A stretch of 63,351 nucleotides of DNA, filler included, from Hyphochytrium catenoides (GCA_900088475.1; 8 parts of 8 records of this genome joined end to end with filler, not necessarily neighbours in it); one strand, 5' to 3'; positions 11,513-23,595 are shown, numbered from the whole stretch's first letter. The notes: a model not told the origin generated them from the sequence alone. Made by a program: numbers and translations.

Positions 11513-11928
11513 ACAGAGAAAGAGAGAGAAAAGAGAGAGAAAGGGAGAATGAGAGAGAGAGAGAGAGAGAGAGAAAAGAGAGAGAAAGGGAGAATGAGAG
11601 AGAGAGTGAGAATGCACGAGAGAGACAATGGGTCATATTGACATGGGAGAAAGATGTCAGACTGGTCGCTGTTCTCTCTCTTATTAGAATCTTAGCTTAT
11701 GCTTTGCGGAGAGAAGCTTGGGGAAAGCGATGATGCTGATTTTCTTGTTGCATCTTCTTCTTAGATAGATAGATAGTAAAGATAGATAGTGAGGAAACTC
11801 GGAAGATAGGCAGACAAAGAAGGAGAACAGCAGAGCACAGAAATCTCTCTCTCTCTCTCTCCGGTTAAGCTTCCACCACTTTGTTCTCCGCTTCAGTCAT
11901 CGACGGGCAAGAGCTCAAAGAGAAGCGT

Positions 11929-13014
11929 CTACATCTTTCCCGTCGCAGGCGTTGGATATCGTTTAGAGGCCTCATAGATGGCGCCCCATAGGGCACTGAG
12001 CTCCGCCTGGAAGCTATCGAAGGCCTTGTTATGGGCTTCATAGCTCTGCTTGAGCTCATTTAGCTTGCTCGAGTCGAACTTCTCGAGCTCCTTGGTGGCA
12101 TATCTCAGATCCGGAAGATACATGTTGGCCTTGTCTCTTGGCTTCACGGCGAGCATCAGGGAGTCCCATGACTGCTGCACAAGCGCTGCTTTATCTTCCG
12201 CGCTTTCCAACTGGGCAAAGGTGTCCTTCGTCTTTCTCAGAGCATCTCCATAGCTCTTCAAGAGACCGCCAACTTCTGAGACATCCGTCTCAAAGCTCTT
12301 GACGAGGGCACCTTCAAGAGCTGAGCGGATCTCCTGGACTGTCTTCCCATACCTCTTGTCAAAAGCCTCACGAACAAACTGGTTCCCGCCATCTGCAGCT
12401 GGATTGACTCGCTTTAGCACGCCATCTAGCCTTCGATTGAACTCTCCGAGGACAAAATGAAGGATATAGTACAGCTCCAACTTCTCTGGCAGAGGACCTA
12501 GCTGGCGCAGCGCCAGCGCAATGACCTCAGGGCTGTAAGGTCCGCCCTGTTCTGGCAAGAGCTGCTTCACTAGCTGAGCACGCAGAGCCGCCTGATCGCC
12601 GGTTTCTAAAGGCCTTAGCCGCTGGTCGAGGTCTGACTTCATCTCCGTCACTGCCCTGCCCATCTCCCTCAGAATAGCTTCTTCCTCCTGGGAAAGACCT
12701 GTTCTCCTTATCGTTCTCGGTGCTTTACGAGGCAGGCCTTTGATCGTTAGCTTCTTCTTGACGCTTATCCCTCGAACTTTGCGCGCCTTAGGCGGCACAG
12801 CTGGCGTCACATCCCCAGGCAGAAGGTTCTCAACCGTAGCTGGTGCTTTGAAGCCTGCAGCTTGGGCTGTGTGGCTTGTCAGGAGTAGGAGAGAACAGGA
12901 GAGAGTGATGAAGAAGAGAAAGATGGCAAAGGAACTAGCGTTGCGGCTGCTGCGGCGGCGCCGCTGCTGTCCGAAGAAGAAGACACTGGTCCGTCCTGTC
13001 TGCCTCATCTTCAT
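11929..13014 (-). CDS. Intronless orphan predicted secreted helical protein (361 aa), family member C
   Basis: Intact ORF with a basic leader, hydrophobic FAIFLFFITLSCSLLLL and HTAQA cleavage-like site. Full-length colinear similarity to pseudogene 6323..7575 supports real coding status. Confidence 0.85.
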   Translation of the reverse strand: MKMRQTGRTSVFFFGQQRRRRSSRNASSFAIFLFFITLSCSLLLLTSHTAQAAGFKAPATVENLLPGDVTPAVPPKARKVRGISVKKKLTIKGLPRKAPRTIRRTGLSQEEEAILREMGRAVTEMKSDLDQRLRPLETGDQAALRAQLVKQLLPEQGGPYSPEVIALALRQLGPLPEKLELYYILHFVLGEFNRRLDGVLKRVNPAADGGNQFVREAFDKRYGKTVQEIRSALEGALVKSFETDVSEVGGLLKSYGDALRKTKDTFAQLESAEDKAALVQQSWDSLMLAVKPRDKANMYLPDLRYATKELEKFDSSKLNELKQSYEAHNKAFDSFQAELSALWGAIYEASKRYPTPATGKM

Positions 13015-13478
13015 TTGTTAAGAGGCAAAAGAAGGAAAAACAATCAGAATCCTGCCTGGAATTCGGCAGGCAAGAGAGAGAGAGAGTCTTTCTCTTGATC
13101 TTTCCGTTTGGCTTAGGGACCGAGAGGGAGAAGAAGCTAGCCCCCCACAGTGACGTAAAGTTGCGCTGGTCGGTTCTCTCCTTTGGCTGGAAGGTCGAGG
13201 AATGACTGACTGATGACTGGAACGCTCCGTGGGGAAGGAGAAGACAATTTCTGTGTCTCTATACCTGGAGAGATGAAAGGGCAACGCCATTATCATTTAT
13301 CACCAAGAGGTTTCAACTTGCACGGGGAATGGACGGCCTTGCTCTCTCTCTCTCTCTCGTCTCTCTTTCTCTTTACTTTTCCATCTTCTCCTCTTTCTCC
13401 CTTACAACCTCTCTCTCTCTCTTTCTGTCCTCCCCACGCAACTTTCTCGCTCTTTGGCTCACACATGCGGATCTTCTT

Positions 13479-13518
<40 letters not shown>

Positions 13519-13690
13519 CTCTTTCGCGTCTCTCTCCTTTCTTATTTGTTATTTGCTTTCCTACTGCTATCCTTTAAAATCACAAAGCAGCTGCGGCAGG
13601 AGCATCAACCGCAGGAGTTGGAGCAGCCCCGTCAAAAGACAAAAGACAACAGCAACCTCAATTCAACAGAATGAAGGAAGAGAGAATGAG

Positions 13691-13728
<38 letters not shown>

Positions 13729-14207
13729 CATCTCCCGACAAAAAGCAGCGACAGAGAGAAGTGATACGGAGAGAAAGAGAGGATCCAGAACCTCTTCTTT
13801 CTTCTTCTATCTCGTCATGTTAACGCTTCTTTCAATATTTTTTTAAAAAGCTCACGGCCATGAAAGAATGAACGGATCCTATGCCTTGATTGGCCTGTAA
13901 GTATCTATAGGGGAATCCTGGCCAAAGGGAAAACAACTGCGGGACCTGCAAGAGACGGAGAGAGAGAGAGTTCTTAATTAAAGTTCTCTTGTCTTAGTCT
14001 CTTCTCTCTTTTCTTCTCTCTCTGATTTGAAGAAGAAGGTTCAGGTTCAGAGGGCAAAACTGTTTTCTCTATCTTTACAGCCTATAGTACTACTACTACT
14101 ACTTTATTGCTGACTTTAGAAGAGAACAGGAACCCACTGAGGGAAAATGAAATACAGTCACGAACTAGCTATCTGGAACTATGGACTACTACTTTACTGC
14201 TTATAGA

Positions 14208-14704
14208 GGAGCATCTCCATCGCGGAGTGCTATTGCCATTTCTATTAGCCCGTTGAAGGCTTCTTCTGCTGCAATCTGACTGGTCTGGTCTGTATTTATT
14301 GATGCGTTAACGGCTGGGGTGCTATTCATGCATCCGTATTGGTGAAAATGAAAACTGCGTTCTATTATTTTACCCTTCAACGGTTACCATCCTGCTGCCG
14401 TTGTGTCATAGAACTACTGGTACTTCTTCATCGCAAATCGCAAACACACATCACCAGTCCAGGGGGTTGACAGTGTATCTTGCTTCAACTCGGGGGAAGG
14501 GACATTAGAGCACACTTGTCCCGTAGTGAACTATAGTCAGCTTTCTTGGAGGGACAGGACAAATAGCACTAGTAGCCGGTACCGCTTGTAGAGTAATTAT
14601 ATGCTATAGATACTCCCAATGAGGATGCCATTTTTGGAGTAGGAATGTAAAATACCGGAAACGGCCTTTAAAATAGCGATAGCACTCCGCGATGGAGATG
14701 CTCT
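14208..14704. mobile_element. Tourist/Harbinger-like MITE (~495 bp)
   Basis: Perfect 25-bp inverted repeat GAGCATCTCCATCGCGGAGTGCTAT (14209-14233) / ATAGCACTCCGCGATGGAGATGCTC (14679-14703). Right flank TTA; left TSD degenerate. Confidence 0.85.
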
Positions 14705-14749
14705 TTACTACTCCTAGAGACTTACTACAACTACTACTCTTCTCCCTAA

Positions 14750-14995
14750 AGGGTTGTGCCACTATTTTGCCCTGCCACTATTGTGCCCACCTAAGATAAT
14801 GTATAAGGGCTGGGTGGGTGGGATCGCACCATGCCTGGCCACCCTTCTTAGAAAGGTGCGATATTTGTAGATTTGCTGTGTTATAACACCAATGGGGCAC
14901 AATAGTGGCGAACAAAGCTGGGGTAAAATGTGCGGTACGGGGTTAGTTGTTATTGTTAGGCTAAGCTCGCCTGGGCATAATAGTGGCACTACCCT
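14750..14995. mobile_element. Tourist-like MITE (246 bp) with TAA target-site duplication
   Basis: TAA|AGGGTTGTGCCACTATTTTGCCC ... GGGCATAATAGTGGCACTACCCT|TAA; extra internal copies of GCCACTATTGTGCCC in both orientations. Confidence 0.9.
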
Positions 14996-15435
14996 TAAAC
15001 CAACCCGCCAAGGACTGCTCCAGGAACCTGCTGCAGGATTACTACTTCCTGGAGGGCTCGTGGGAGAGGAAGACGTGCAGAGACCATCTGCGCATTGAAC
15101 AGATATTCTGCCATAGATAGAATTGAAAAGGGAAGACAAAGAAACTCCCCCTCCACATCTATCATGTATCGCCCGGATCCAGTGACGTAGAGTTCTATGG
15201 ACTTCCTCCGTTGCACCACCCTACTACTACTAGTATGGTACTACTTTTCTCTCTCTCTCTCTCTTTCACTCTCTCTCTCTCTTTCATTCTTTCTTATTCT
15301 CTCTCTCTCACACTCTCTCTGCCGGTCTCTCTCTCTCTCTCTCTCTCTCTGCCGGCGGTCTCTCTCTCTGTCTCTCTCTGCCGGTCTCTCTCTCTCTCAC
15401 TCTCTCTCTCTCTTTCATTCTTTCTTATTCTCTCT

Positions 15436-15535
15436 NNNNNNNNNNNNNNNNNNNNNNNNNNNNNNNNNNNNNNNNNNNNTTAATTAATTAANNNNNNNNN
15501 NNNNNNNNNNNNNNNNNNNNNNNNNNNNNNNNNNN
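15436..15535. other. Artificial contig-join linker (N44-TTAATTAATTAA-N44); also at ~23745-23844, 54568-54667, 56871-56970, 59530-59629, 60811-60910, 62044-62143
   Basis: The same six-frame-stop 12-mer sits centred in N runs seven times. Plain N gaps at 5466-5537, 36271-36384 and 53781-53818 lack it. Confidence 0.97.
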
Positions 15536-17934
15536 GAGAGAGAGAGAGAGAGTCAAGCCACATGAGAATGCAAAGATAGACGTTATGACGTGCAAGAGAG
15601 ATTGAATCAACAGCAGGCTATCGATCCTCAGAAACATGCAAAAGAGAGAGAGAGAGAGCAGAAAAGGGAAAAGAAAGAGGGAGAAGAACATCCGTCGTCA
15701 GAGCCAGCCGTTCTTTCTCTTTGACTACTCGCCGTCCTGAGAGTCCTCTCATCCAAGAAGAGCAGAGGCCGCATCACACCGGCCCGATCCTCATCCAACG
15801 CTTGGATCAGGTGCTTGGTCAGCAGGTCAGCCGGCCATCATCCTCTACTATGACCGGAAAAAGCAGGAGCCTTATTGTCATTGAACCATGCTTCGTGGCA
15901 AGGAGGCGCGGCCGGACGACAGCGTCGATCATCCGTGGAAAGGATGATCGAGGCAGTTGGGCCGTCAAGCAGGCGGCGGGCGGCGGCGTGTAAGATCGCC
16001 ATAGGATCCGGGTTTTCTCTCTTCTTTCTACTCCTCTTCACTTCTGCCTGAGGAGAGAGTAGTCTGTGTAGAATCACATTTCTATTATTGGTCTCTTCTT
16101 CTCATCTTCATCATCTTTTTTTCCTTGTCCTTGGTTGCTTGTTAGTGTTGGCGCTTCCCTTTGCCGGCGCCGCGCCCTGCCATTACCTTTGTCTTCTTGA
16201 TTCCCTCTGACGGACAGTATTATTATCTCTATGTAAACTTTGCACCAATCTCTATATACTAGCTACCATGCTATTTTATCTTCATTACTCTCTCGCGAAG
16301 AGACTAAGCTAGCTGCAGCACTATTCGTCGTCACACTTTGTTTGGTCTCCGTCTGCCAAGATCTTCTTGTCGCTTACTGACAAACCATAGGATATAAACC
16401 TTCATTGCGCTGAGGGCAGCCAATTTTAGGTAAAGAAGTTAAGGATAGCAAAGAAGTAACCCCAGAAGACCTCATCCCTGATATTTGCCGGGCACGGGTA
16501 ATGGTTGTTGCACTCTTTTATTAGCGGACTACCTGTCACAGCAGCGAGCAAAGAAGAGTTCAACAGCGCTGCCAGAGTAGTGTGCAACCACGCACGTTTA
16601 TCTCCTAACGCCATCTTATCCCAACAGTCGTGCACCGTGCCAGCAAGCAGAAGAAGCAAACGAGATAGTCAAATTGGTGCCTTTTCTTTTTTGTGCTGGC
16701 TCTTAGGGTTAGGCTTGGGATGATTGATGCTCATGAGGTGAAGGATTTCAGCAGCAGCTACTATTCCCCGAGCAGCGATGACCGACAACTACGTTCCTGC
16801 CGTCGCCCGGACAATGACTATGGCGGCCCTAAGTGCTCCAACAAAAAATCTAGATTGTAGGAGGAGAGCATCATGAAGGACGAACGACATCTTCTTTAGT
16901 TGTCAGGGAGTGAACCCGTGCCAGGCAGCGTAATGGCGTAGAAGAATGCCTGATGCGCCTACGGGCCAAAGAAATAGCTAATGAAAGTTGATTGAAGTCA
17001 AAGGGGAACACGTCTCAGCGTCCGGTGGTCCTCATGGTTATCGAGAAACAAACAAGGAGACTAAGTGCCAAGCTCTAATGAGGATGCGAAAGGATCACCT
17101 CTGCTGATCCACACAAGAACTAGCTACAAAGAGAACGCACCCGTGAGGAGATGAAGAGAGAAAATGAGAGACGCTAGTAGAATAGCATTCGGTGGGAAGA
17201 GAACAGGTCAGGAAGTGAGAGCACGGTCTTCGTCCTCTTATTGGCTCGGGAGGACGATTTCCACTAAGAGGACGAAGACCAAAAAAGGACAGTTATCGGG
17301 ATCGTCCTGAGCCCTAGTAATAAGCATGGAATTATAGGCTATGACTGGGCTGTGGATTCTGAAGAGCCGGATAGTGGGGAGATCAGTTGAGGAGAACTGA
17401 GAACAAAGACCAGAAGAAGGGAAAGACCGTGAGAGCCAGAAGAGAATCAACAGGAGAATCGTCACTGACGACTGTGGACACACCGATTAGAAAAGTATAA
17501 CAAAATAAGCACAAGCACACCAAAAGCGAGGAAGCATAACGGCTGAACGGTAACAGAACTGAAGACGGCGCGGACTCGAGAAGCAGGAAGCCTGGGGAAG
17601 TGAATGATGACGGACCGGAGGCTGCTGGAGAATGGAAGAAGCCGAGAACCCCGCAACGGAGGAGAATCGCAGGACCAAGAATCGAAGAAGGCCAGGAGAA
17701 CGGAGGACGACCGCCGGGTGAGACCGGGAGAGGCGGGGCCCGGAGAAGAGGGAGAGCGCCGGAGAAAGCCGGAGGATGGCAAAACCACCAACAACGTTAC
17801 ATTACGAGGCAGGGACACGAGGGCCAAAAGAGGAGAACAGCAGAACGGAGAACACAAAAGAGTCAGAGATGCGACGGATGATGGAGAACAGCTTTCTGAC
17901 CCATGCGTGGGGCCGAAGAGCCCGTGGACAGGCC

Positions 17935-17965
<31 letters not shown>

Positions 17966-19481
17966 AGAAAAGAGGAAACAGCAGCATGTATGCCTCTCGA
18001 CCTCATGGAAGAAACTAGTGAGATATTCTTACTCTCCGCCCGAACTCATGGACTGCCCCGTCTTACACTTATGGCGCCTTTTTGGTTGGCCACATTTCCT
18101 ACACTCTGGCTCTTTTCGAACCTCTTCCGCAAGCTGGTTGGTCAAGCTTTGGAGAGTGAAGCGCGTACTTTCGCTTGAACTATCCACCCAGGAGGACGCA
18201 GAGTCGGGGAGGAGAGAACATCGATCGACGCCCGAGGAATCGGGAGAACGGAAGGACTGGAGAAGAAGAAGGTACTCGTAGATAGAAGATGAACGTAGAA
18301 TCATTGAAGCCTAAGGTTAGCTTATTAGGGTTAGTAACCCTTGTGTACAGTTTGGGTCTGCTGGACTGCTTTGCTGGACTGCTCTGGACACGAGAATTTA
18401 GAACTTGACAAGGCACTTGCTCTTCCTACTATGTACCAGATACCTTCTTAGACACGTGAAAAGCAAACTGTACAGCCTAATAGTAGTTCCAATACTGGAG
18501 GCTCAGAGCGCTCTTCGGGGGATAATTTATGAACAGGTCGAGAGAATGTGTTCAGGTCGCTCAAAGAATAAGATATAGACCAGAGGTAACATCAGAACAG
18601 TAGTTCTACTAGTAGTGGGATCCTTCTAGATGCATCACTTATTACTCGTAGTACTCAGGGGAAGGACGTTTGGACTCACATCAAACGAAAGACCAACAAG
18701 AGGCGTGGTGTGTCCAGCAGCACTGCAGCAGGGGACGGGAAGGTGAGAAGTGTACGGTACTGCCTGCATTTTTTTGGGTCGGTCCTCGTAAGACTGGACA
18801 GCTCTCTTAGACTCCCCTGCTCCTCCGCGGAAGTCCCAGACTACTCGTAGTCGTGTTCCTGCTAGGGAGTTCTACTACCTGGGTAGTACAATCACCCAGG
18901 AAGAGAGAGAGAGAGTGAGAGAGTGAGAGAGAGAGAGAGAGAGAGTGAGAAAGAGAGAGAGAGAGAGAGAGAGTGTGAGTGAGAGAGAGAGAGAGTGTGT
19001 GTGAGAGAGAGAGAGAGAGACACTAGGGAATGAGTTGAACAAGCTCTTCATCGCGACTGTTGGTATGCAAAGTTTGGAAGTTTGGCACATCACACTGGAC
19101 GTGCTACAGCAGTTCTGGACCTACCACCAATTCTGCGGTAGTTCTGTGGCGTTGATTGGATGACCTGTTACCACCCCTACTAATTTTCTCTATGATCATC
19201 ACGAGAGTCTAGCTGCTGCAAGGGAGGAGGAGGGATCTCCTCGACATCTAAGAGTGCTAAGGGTTTTCTTTCTTCAGAACTCAACTTTCCAACACGAGTC
19301 CAAGTCTTCAAACTAACGACTGTAGACCGTAGTGGGGCTCAGCCCTCCCGTCCACCAGACTCCGCGCAAGACTTCTTCCACTGGTGGTCCCACTGCTTTT
19401 CCTGCTTCCCGTGAAGAAGACTCTCAAAACTGAGTCAACTCCCTAGCCGTAGTCAATCTTCTGTACTACAGAGTGACGTTG

Positions 19482-20522
19482 ATGAGTGAGGCGGAGAGGA
19501 AGCTATCGTCGCGGAGGATGAGGAGGATCAAAGCCTCTCCAGCCATTCTTATTCTTGTTCTCGGACTATTAAGTGATGGCTCATCGCAGCAGACCACAAA
19601 GATCATGATAGTATCTGCCCAAGCAACTACTGGACAGCGGGACGACTTCTACGAGAGTGTTGATAATGAGAAGGGCGGCCGTTTACTGATGCCGTCGGCT
19701 GATAGTACTCCCTCCACCCAGCGCTTTCGTGGACTCTGGCGGAGATCGACTGATCCACCTCCCGATCAGCACTCTCCTAATTATATATGCTGGACAGCCC
19801 GTCGCTCCAGCCCCTATGAAGATGACTGGCAGGTAACACTTGGCGCATGTCTTAAGAACAGCGGAGTTCTGAAGATGACAACGAATGAAGACTTGAAATT
19901 TGAAGTGGGAATACCAAGTTGTCTTCTTCCAAGCAAGGGAGGGAGAGATCAGGTCATGTCAGGCTCTTTCCCAATAGGCGGTGCCGCCGGTGTAAAGTCT
20001 TTGATTGAGCAAAAAAGAGCGGAGCTCCGGTCATTGGATAACCTCCATACAGGCGCCACTATCGAGAATATTCGCAACAACTTTGGAGAGGGCGACTGCT
20101 ATCAGTCCAAACTCTGGGCTCTCAGCCATAATGACCTTCCGAAATGGGATGGCTTTAACCCTAATTCCGGCGTCGATGCCATCCGTGACATTCGTACGAA
20201 GATCTTTACAGAGAAGATGACGACGAGGGCCATTTCCTCGCCTTCTAAGCTACCGCCGCCGTCACCTGGTGACGAGAAGCTGATTGCACTCCTGGACGAG
20301 CTACTAAAGCTCGATGTGTACTCGACCATTTGCCCTTACGCTCTCGTCCACCCGAATTATCCAAGTTCTGATGGCAGGAGCAAGGAGAGTCCGCCACCCT
20401 TCTTCCTACAAAAGAACGTAAGGAATTCAGGTCCTATGCCATGCAAAGACCATAGATCCGACCCAGGATGGCCTCCTGTCTTTTTTGCACCTTTCTCTCG
20501 GCTCAGGCGGATGGGGTGGTAG
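19482..20522 (+). CDS. Intronless orphan predicted secreted protein (~346 aa)
   Basis: Long, non-repetitive ORF (first ATG 19482). Basic leader, then hydrophobic AILILVLGLL; six Cys; Pro-rich C-terminus; no recognisable family. Confidence 0.7.
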   Translation: MSEAERKLSSRRMRRIKASPAILILVLGLLSDGSSQQTTKIMIVSAQATTGQRDDFYESVDNEKGGRLLMPSADSTPSTQRFRGLWRRSTDPPPDQHSPNYICWTARRSSPYEDDWQVTLGACLKNSGVLKMTTNEDLKFEVGIPSCLLPSKGGRDQVMSGSFPIGGAAGVKSLIEQKRAELRSLDNLHTGATIENIRNNFGEGDCYQSKLWALSHNDLPKWDGFNPNSGVDAIRDIRTKIFTEKMTTRAISSPSKLPPPSPGDEKLIALLDELLKLDVYSTICPYALVHPNYPSSDGRSKESPPPFFLQKNVRNSGPMPCKDHRSDPGWPPVFFAPFSRLRRMGW

Positions 20523-20645
20523 CAGGGCGTGCAGATGAATATATAAGCCTCTGGTAGGGGGATCAAACTGGCTGGCGCTTGACATGACTAGCCTGGGAGC
20601 TCTCCTTGCCGCCTAGCTGGGTCAAGCGGGAGGAGACTCTTGGCC

Positions 20646-22200
20646 CGTTAGTAATTACCGTCGTGTCCTAATAACTCTACAACTAACTCACAAAGACTAA
20701 GCTAACTAACAAGAACTGAGTACATCTTACCGCCGTGACTACAACTTAACTACGTACTCTCTCTCGCATGAATTTGGCGCAGCGAAGAAAGGGCGGGCGG
20801 GCTGTTGACTGTTCCTGCTGCGCCGAATATGTGCAGTCAGCTGTGCCTCCCCTCTCGGTCGCCGCTGTGTCTAAGTCTGGGCAGGCGGCAGAGGCTGAGG
20901 CTGACCGAGCAAATCTGAGACTAAGCCGTAGGTCAGCCCCATCCTCTAACCGCGTCAGGAAAACCTAATATCCCCCTTGGATATTCAACCAACCCGCACA
21001 GCCAGTTAACGTCGGCATCTAGAGCATGGCGAGGGACCCATGCCAAAAGGCCAAGTTAAGTCCCACAAGAAGAAAAAGGGAAAGAAAGAGAACGAAGAAG
21101 GGAAAGAAGGAGGCCATAGGTCTACCTTCTCATAGCTCCTACGTTATTTAAGGCCAGTATAATACGCAGGCAGCAGCATATCTGCCAGGCAGAAAGGCCA
21201 AAATGATTCTTTGCTCAAGAATCCACTGATCTCTCTCATGCTTATGTCAAGGGTTAGGGAGGAGAAGGTAATGCGCCAACAAAGAGACGAAAGAAGAAGG
21301 AAGAAAGGATATGCCACTGTCTTTACTTGGGGTGAGGAGGAGCAGGCGCTGCGCGCCGCTGGTAGTACAAGTGGCCAGGAACATGCCCCAACACTGGCGA
21401 CAGGACACTGTCTTCTTGCGTCTCAGACGTGTGCTTTGCAAAAGCAAGTCACCTGTCTTTAGATTTGCCAACCGAACTAAAAGAGGAGACTGTCAAGCGT
21501 GAGTAGGGCCTCTGATAGTGAGAAGGAGGAAGAGATATCTTGACCTACTTCTTGACCAGTAGAACCAGAGATAAACAATAGTGAACATACAAGAGAGCAC
21601 AAGTTTACGCCCGGACTGCCTCTGCCGAAGGTCGAAGCCTGCCGCAGCAGGTCCTGGTAGACCCCTCACCTCGTCCGACGATATATGAGGGTAGTTGTTA
21701 TTAAACTTTGTAGCTCGTCACGTCAGCCTGGCTAGGAGAGAAGGATGTCGTGGTTGGCCCTCAGTCTACTACGTTAGTCTCCCTCCTCTTTCACTCTCAA
21801 TTGTCACTCTTGGCGTAGAGCCCTAGCCTCTGTTCTCTTCCTCCTGTCATCTATTTGGGACTTTACGCTCCTCCATCTCCTGCCGAAGAGGTTTTTCTTC
21901 GTCGTGTGGTTTCTGCCTCTGTCAAACAGCAGCCCTTCTTATCGCTCTTCGGGAGGCGTTCGAGTACGATAAACGCTGTCTCCATCTAATCTCCTGGTGT
22001 CTGCTCTACGCAGCTCCTCTCTTTGTTTGGTAATGCCATCCTTCCGTCTACAAGCGGTGCACACGCCGCACCATGAGTAGTGATTCTTAAGACGTAGCTC
22101 TCCTCCTCCTCCCAATTCTTTCAGCTCTTGGCCTGCAATTCTGCTCTTTGTATGGGCTTCTCTCCAAACCAGAGGCTTTATAATACCTAGGACCAAGGAG
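20646..22200 (-). mobile_element. Decayed Ty1/Copia LTR retrotransposon (RT remnants, PPT, 3' LTR ~20646-20970)
   Basis: Minus-strand remnants in Copia order: DLRQRQSGRK (cf. YGLKQSGR), ALLYVHYC (cf. LYVDD), AQRLLLLTPSKDSGISF (cf. AKRILRYLKGTKDxGI). Purine tract AAGGGGGA (20978-20971) abuts TATTAG, and the other LTR end reads CGTTAG at 20646 (degenerate TGTTAG..CTAACA). Confidence 0.5.
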
Positions 22201-23595
22201 AACACTGCAGATCCCTAAGTACTTGGAAGATGGGGAGGGAAGCAGCAGAGAAGAAGAAAGGTCATTCTTCTATTCTTTGTGAACAATTTTGCAGAAGATG
22301 AGCAGCCTCAGAGCCAGGAGAGGAATGCAAGGAAAAGAACAAGGAAGTGGGGAGATGATATCATTAATGTCCTCTCTTTGTTCCTCTCTCCCTAGAGTAA
22401 CCAGCACTTTTCAAAGTAGAAATGATGGTTAGAAGAGAGGCGACCGTACAGCTATCATAAGAATAGTTAGAATGATGGAGCTGTATGATGGCTGTTTATA
22501 TGACGCCACTTCCGAGGAAACGAGAGACAAACGATTCCAAGAGTAGAAGAGTGAGAGCGAGAGAGTGGGAGCGAGCGAGCGAGCGAGCAAACAACAAGAG
22601 AGAGAGCAGAGAGAGTGAAAGAGCAGATAGAGCGAGAGAGAGAGAGGAAAAGCAAGAGAGAGAGCGAGAGCAGAGAGAGAGAGGGAGAGAGAAAGAGAGG
22701 CGAAAAAGAGATAGAGGGAGAGAGAGAGGGGGAGAGAAAGAGAGAAAAAGAAAGTGAGGGAGAGAGAGAGAGAAGAGAGAGACAGGCAGACAGAACAGAC
22801 CAAGTCCCAAGAAGGACAATGCTCCCCCTCTTCCCCCGCCGGTACCCAATAATAGGAAAACAAATATGTTGGTCTCTTTATCAGACAAAGGTCTCAAACC
22901 GTCCTCCTACTAGTTCTGAGAGGTGATGGAAGAGTCCGTGGCATCTTAGGGATTTTCCAGCTGGCACGGTTTTGGGGCTGTTTCCTTCATCATTCACTCG
23001 CGAACGTGCTCCTCGATCGGTCGACCAGAGCCTCAGTCGCTGTCATTATAAAGCACTATGAGCCAACAGCAGTGGAAAGTGGTGAGATGGCAGAGTAGTA
23101 GGTTGGAAGCTCTTCTTTGTTCTAGTGCGGATAGCAGAATGAGATTAATGAAGATTATACGCTCGAGGATAATAGCTCGATAGACCAATGGTCCTATAAC
23201 TATGCTAGCGTCAAGTGATTAATGCGACCCTAACATTTGGGAATGTTTTCTTGGCGACCCGCGACCCACGGAAGTCCATATGAAGTTAAGTGTTAGATGT
23301 ATGGCATCAGGGTCGCCGCACAAAAGACTGGCTTACGGGGTTTTGGGGTTCTATGTTGTTCTTCCTGGCTTTAGAAGCAGGGTTACAAAAAACCTCACGC
23401 TGTAGAGGGTACACGCCTAAACATTACCTGTGTTTTATGGGTTCAAATTTCGATTGGTGTACCTAAATCTTATTCCATCCCCCTTCCCCGCCAAAAGACT
23501 GATGATTATAGAAGGACCGTAAGTAGAACTACCGTGCACATTTTCCCTACTCCATTCACACTCCCCCTTATTGTTGTGACTGTACCGCACCACAG

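Noticed and set aside
15480-15491. Recurrent palindrome TTAATTAATTAA
   Set aside because: Always centred in N runs; an assembly linker, not biology.
19473-19760. RxLR-dEER effector motif in the secreted orphans
   Set aside because: Only loose look-alikes (GRLLM, QRFR); no canonical RxLR followed by an acidic EER in any of them.
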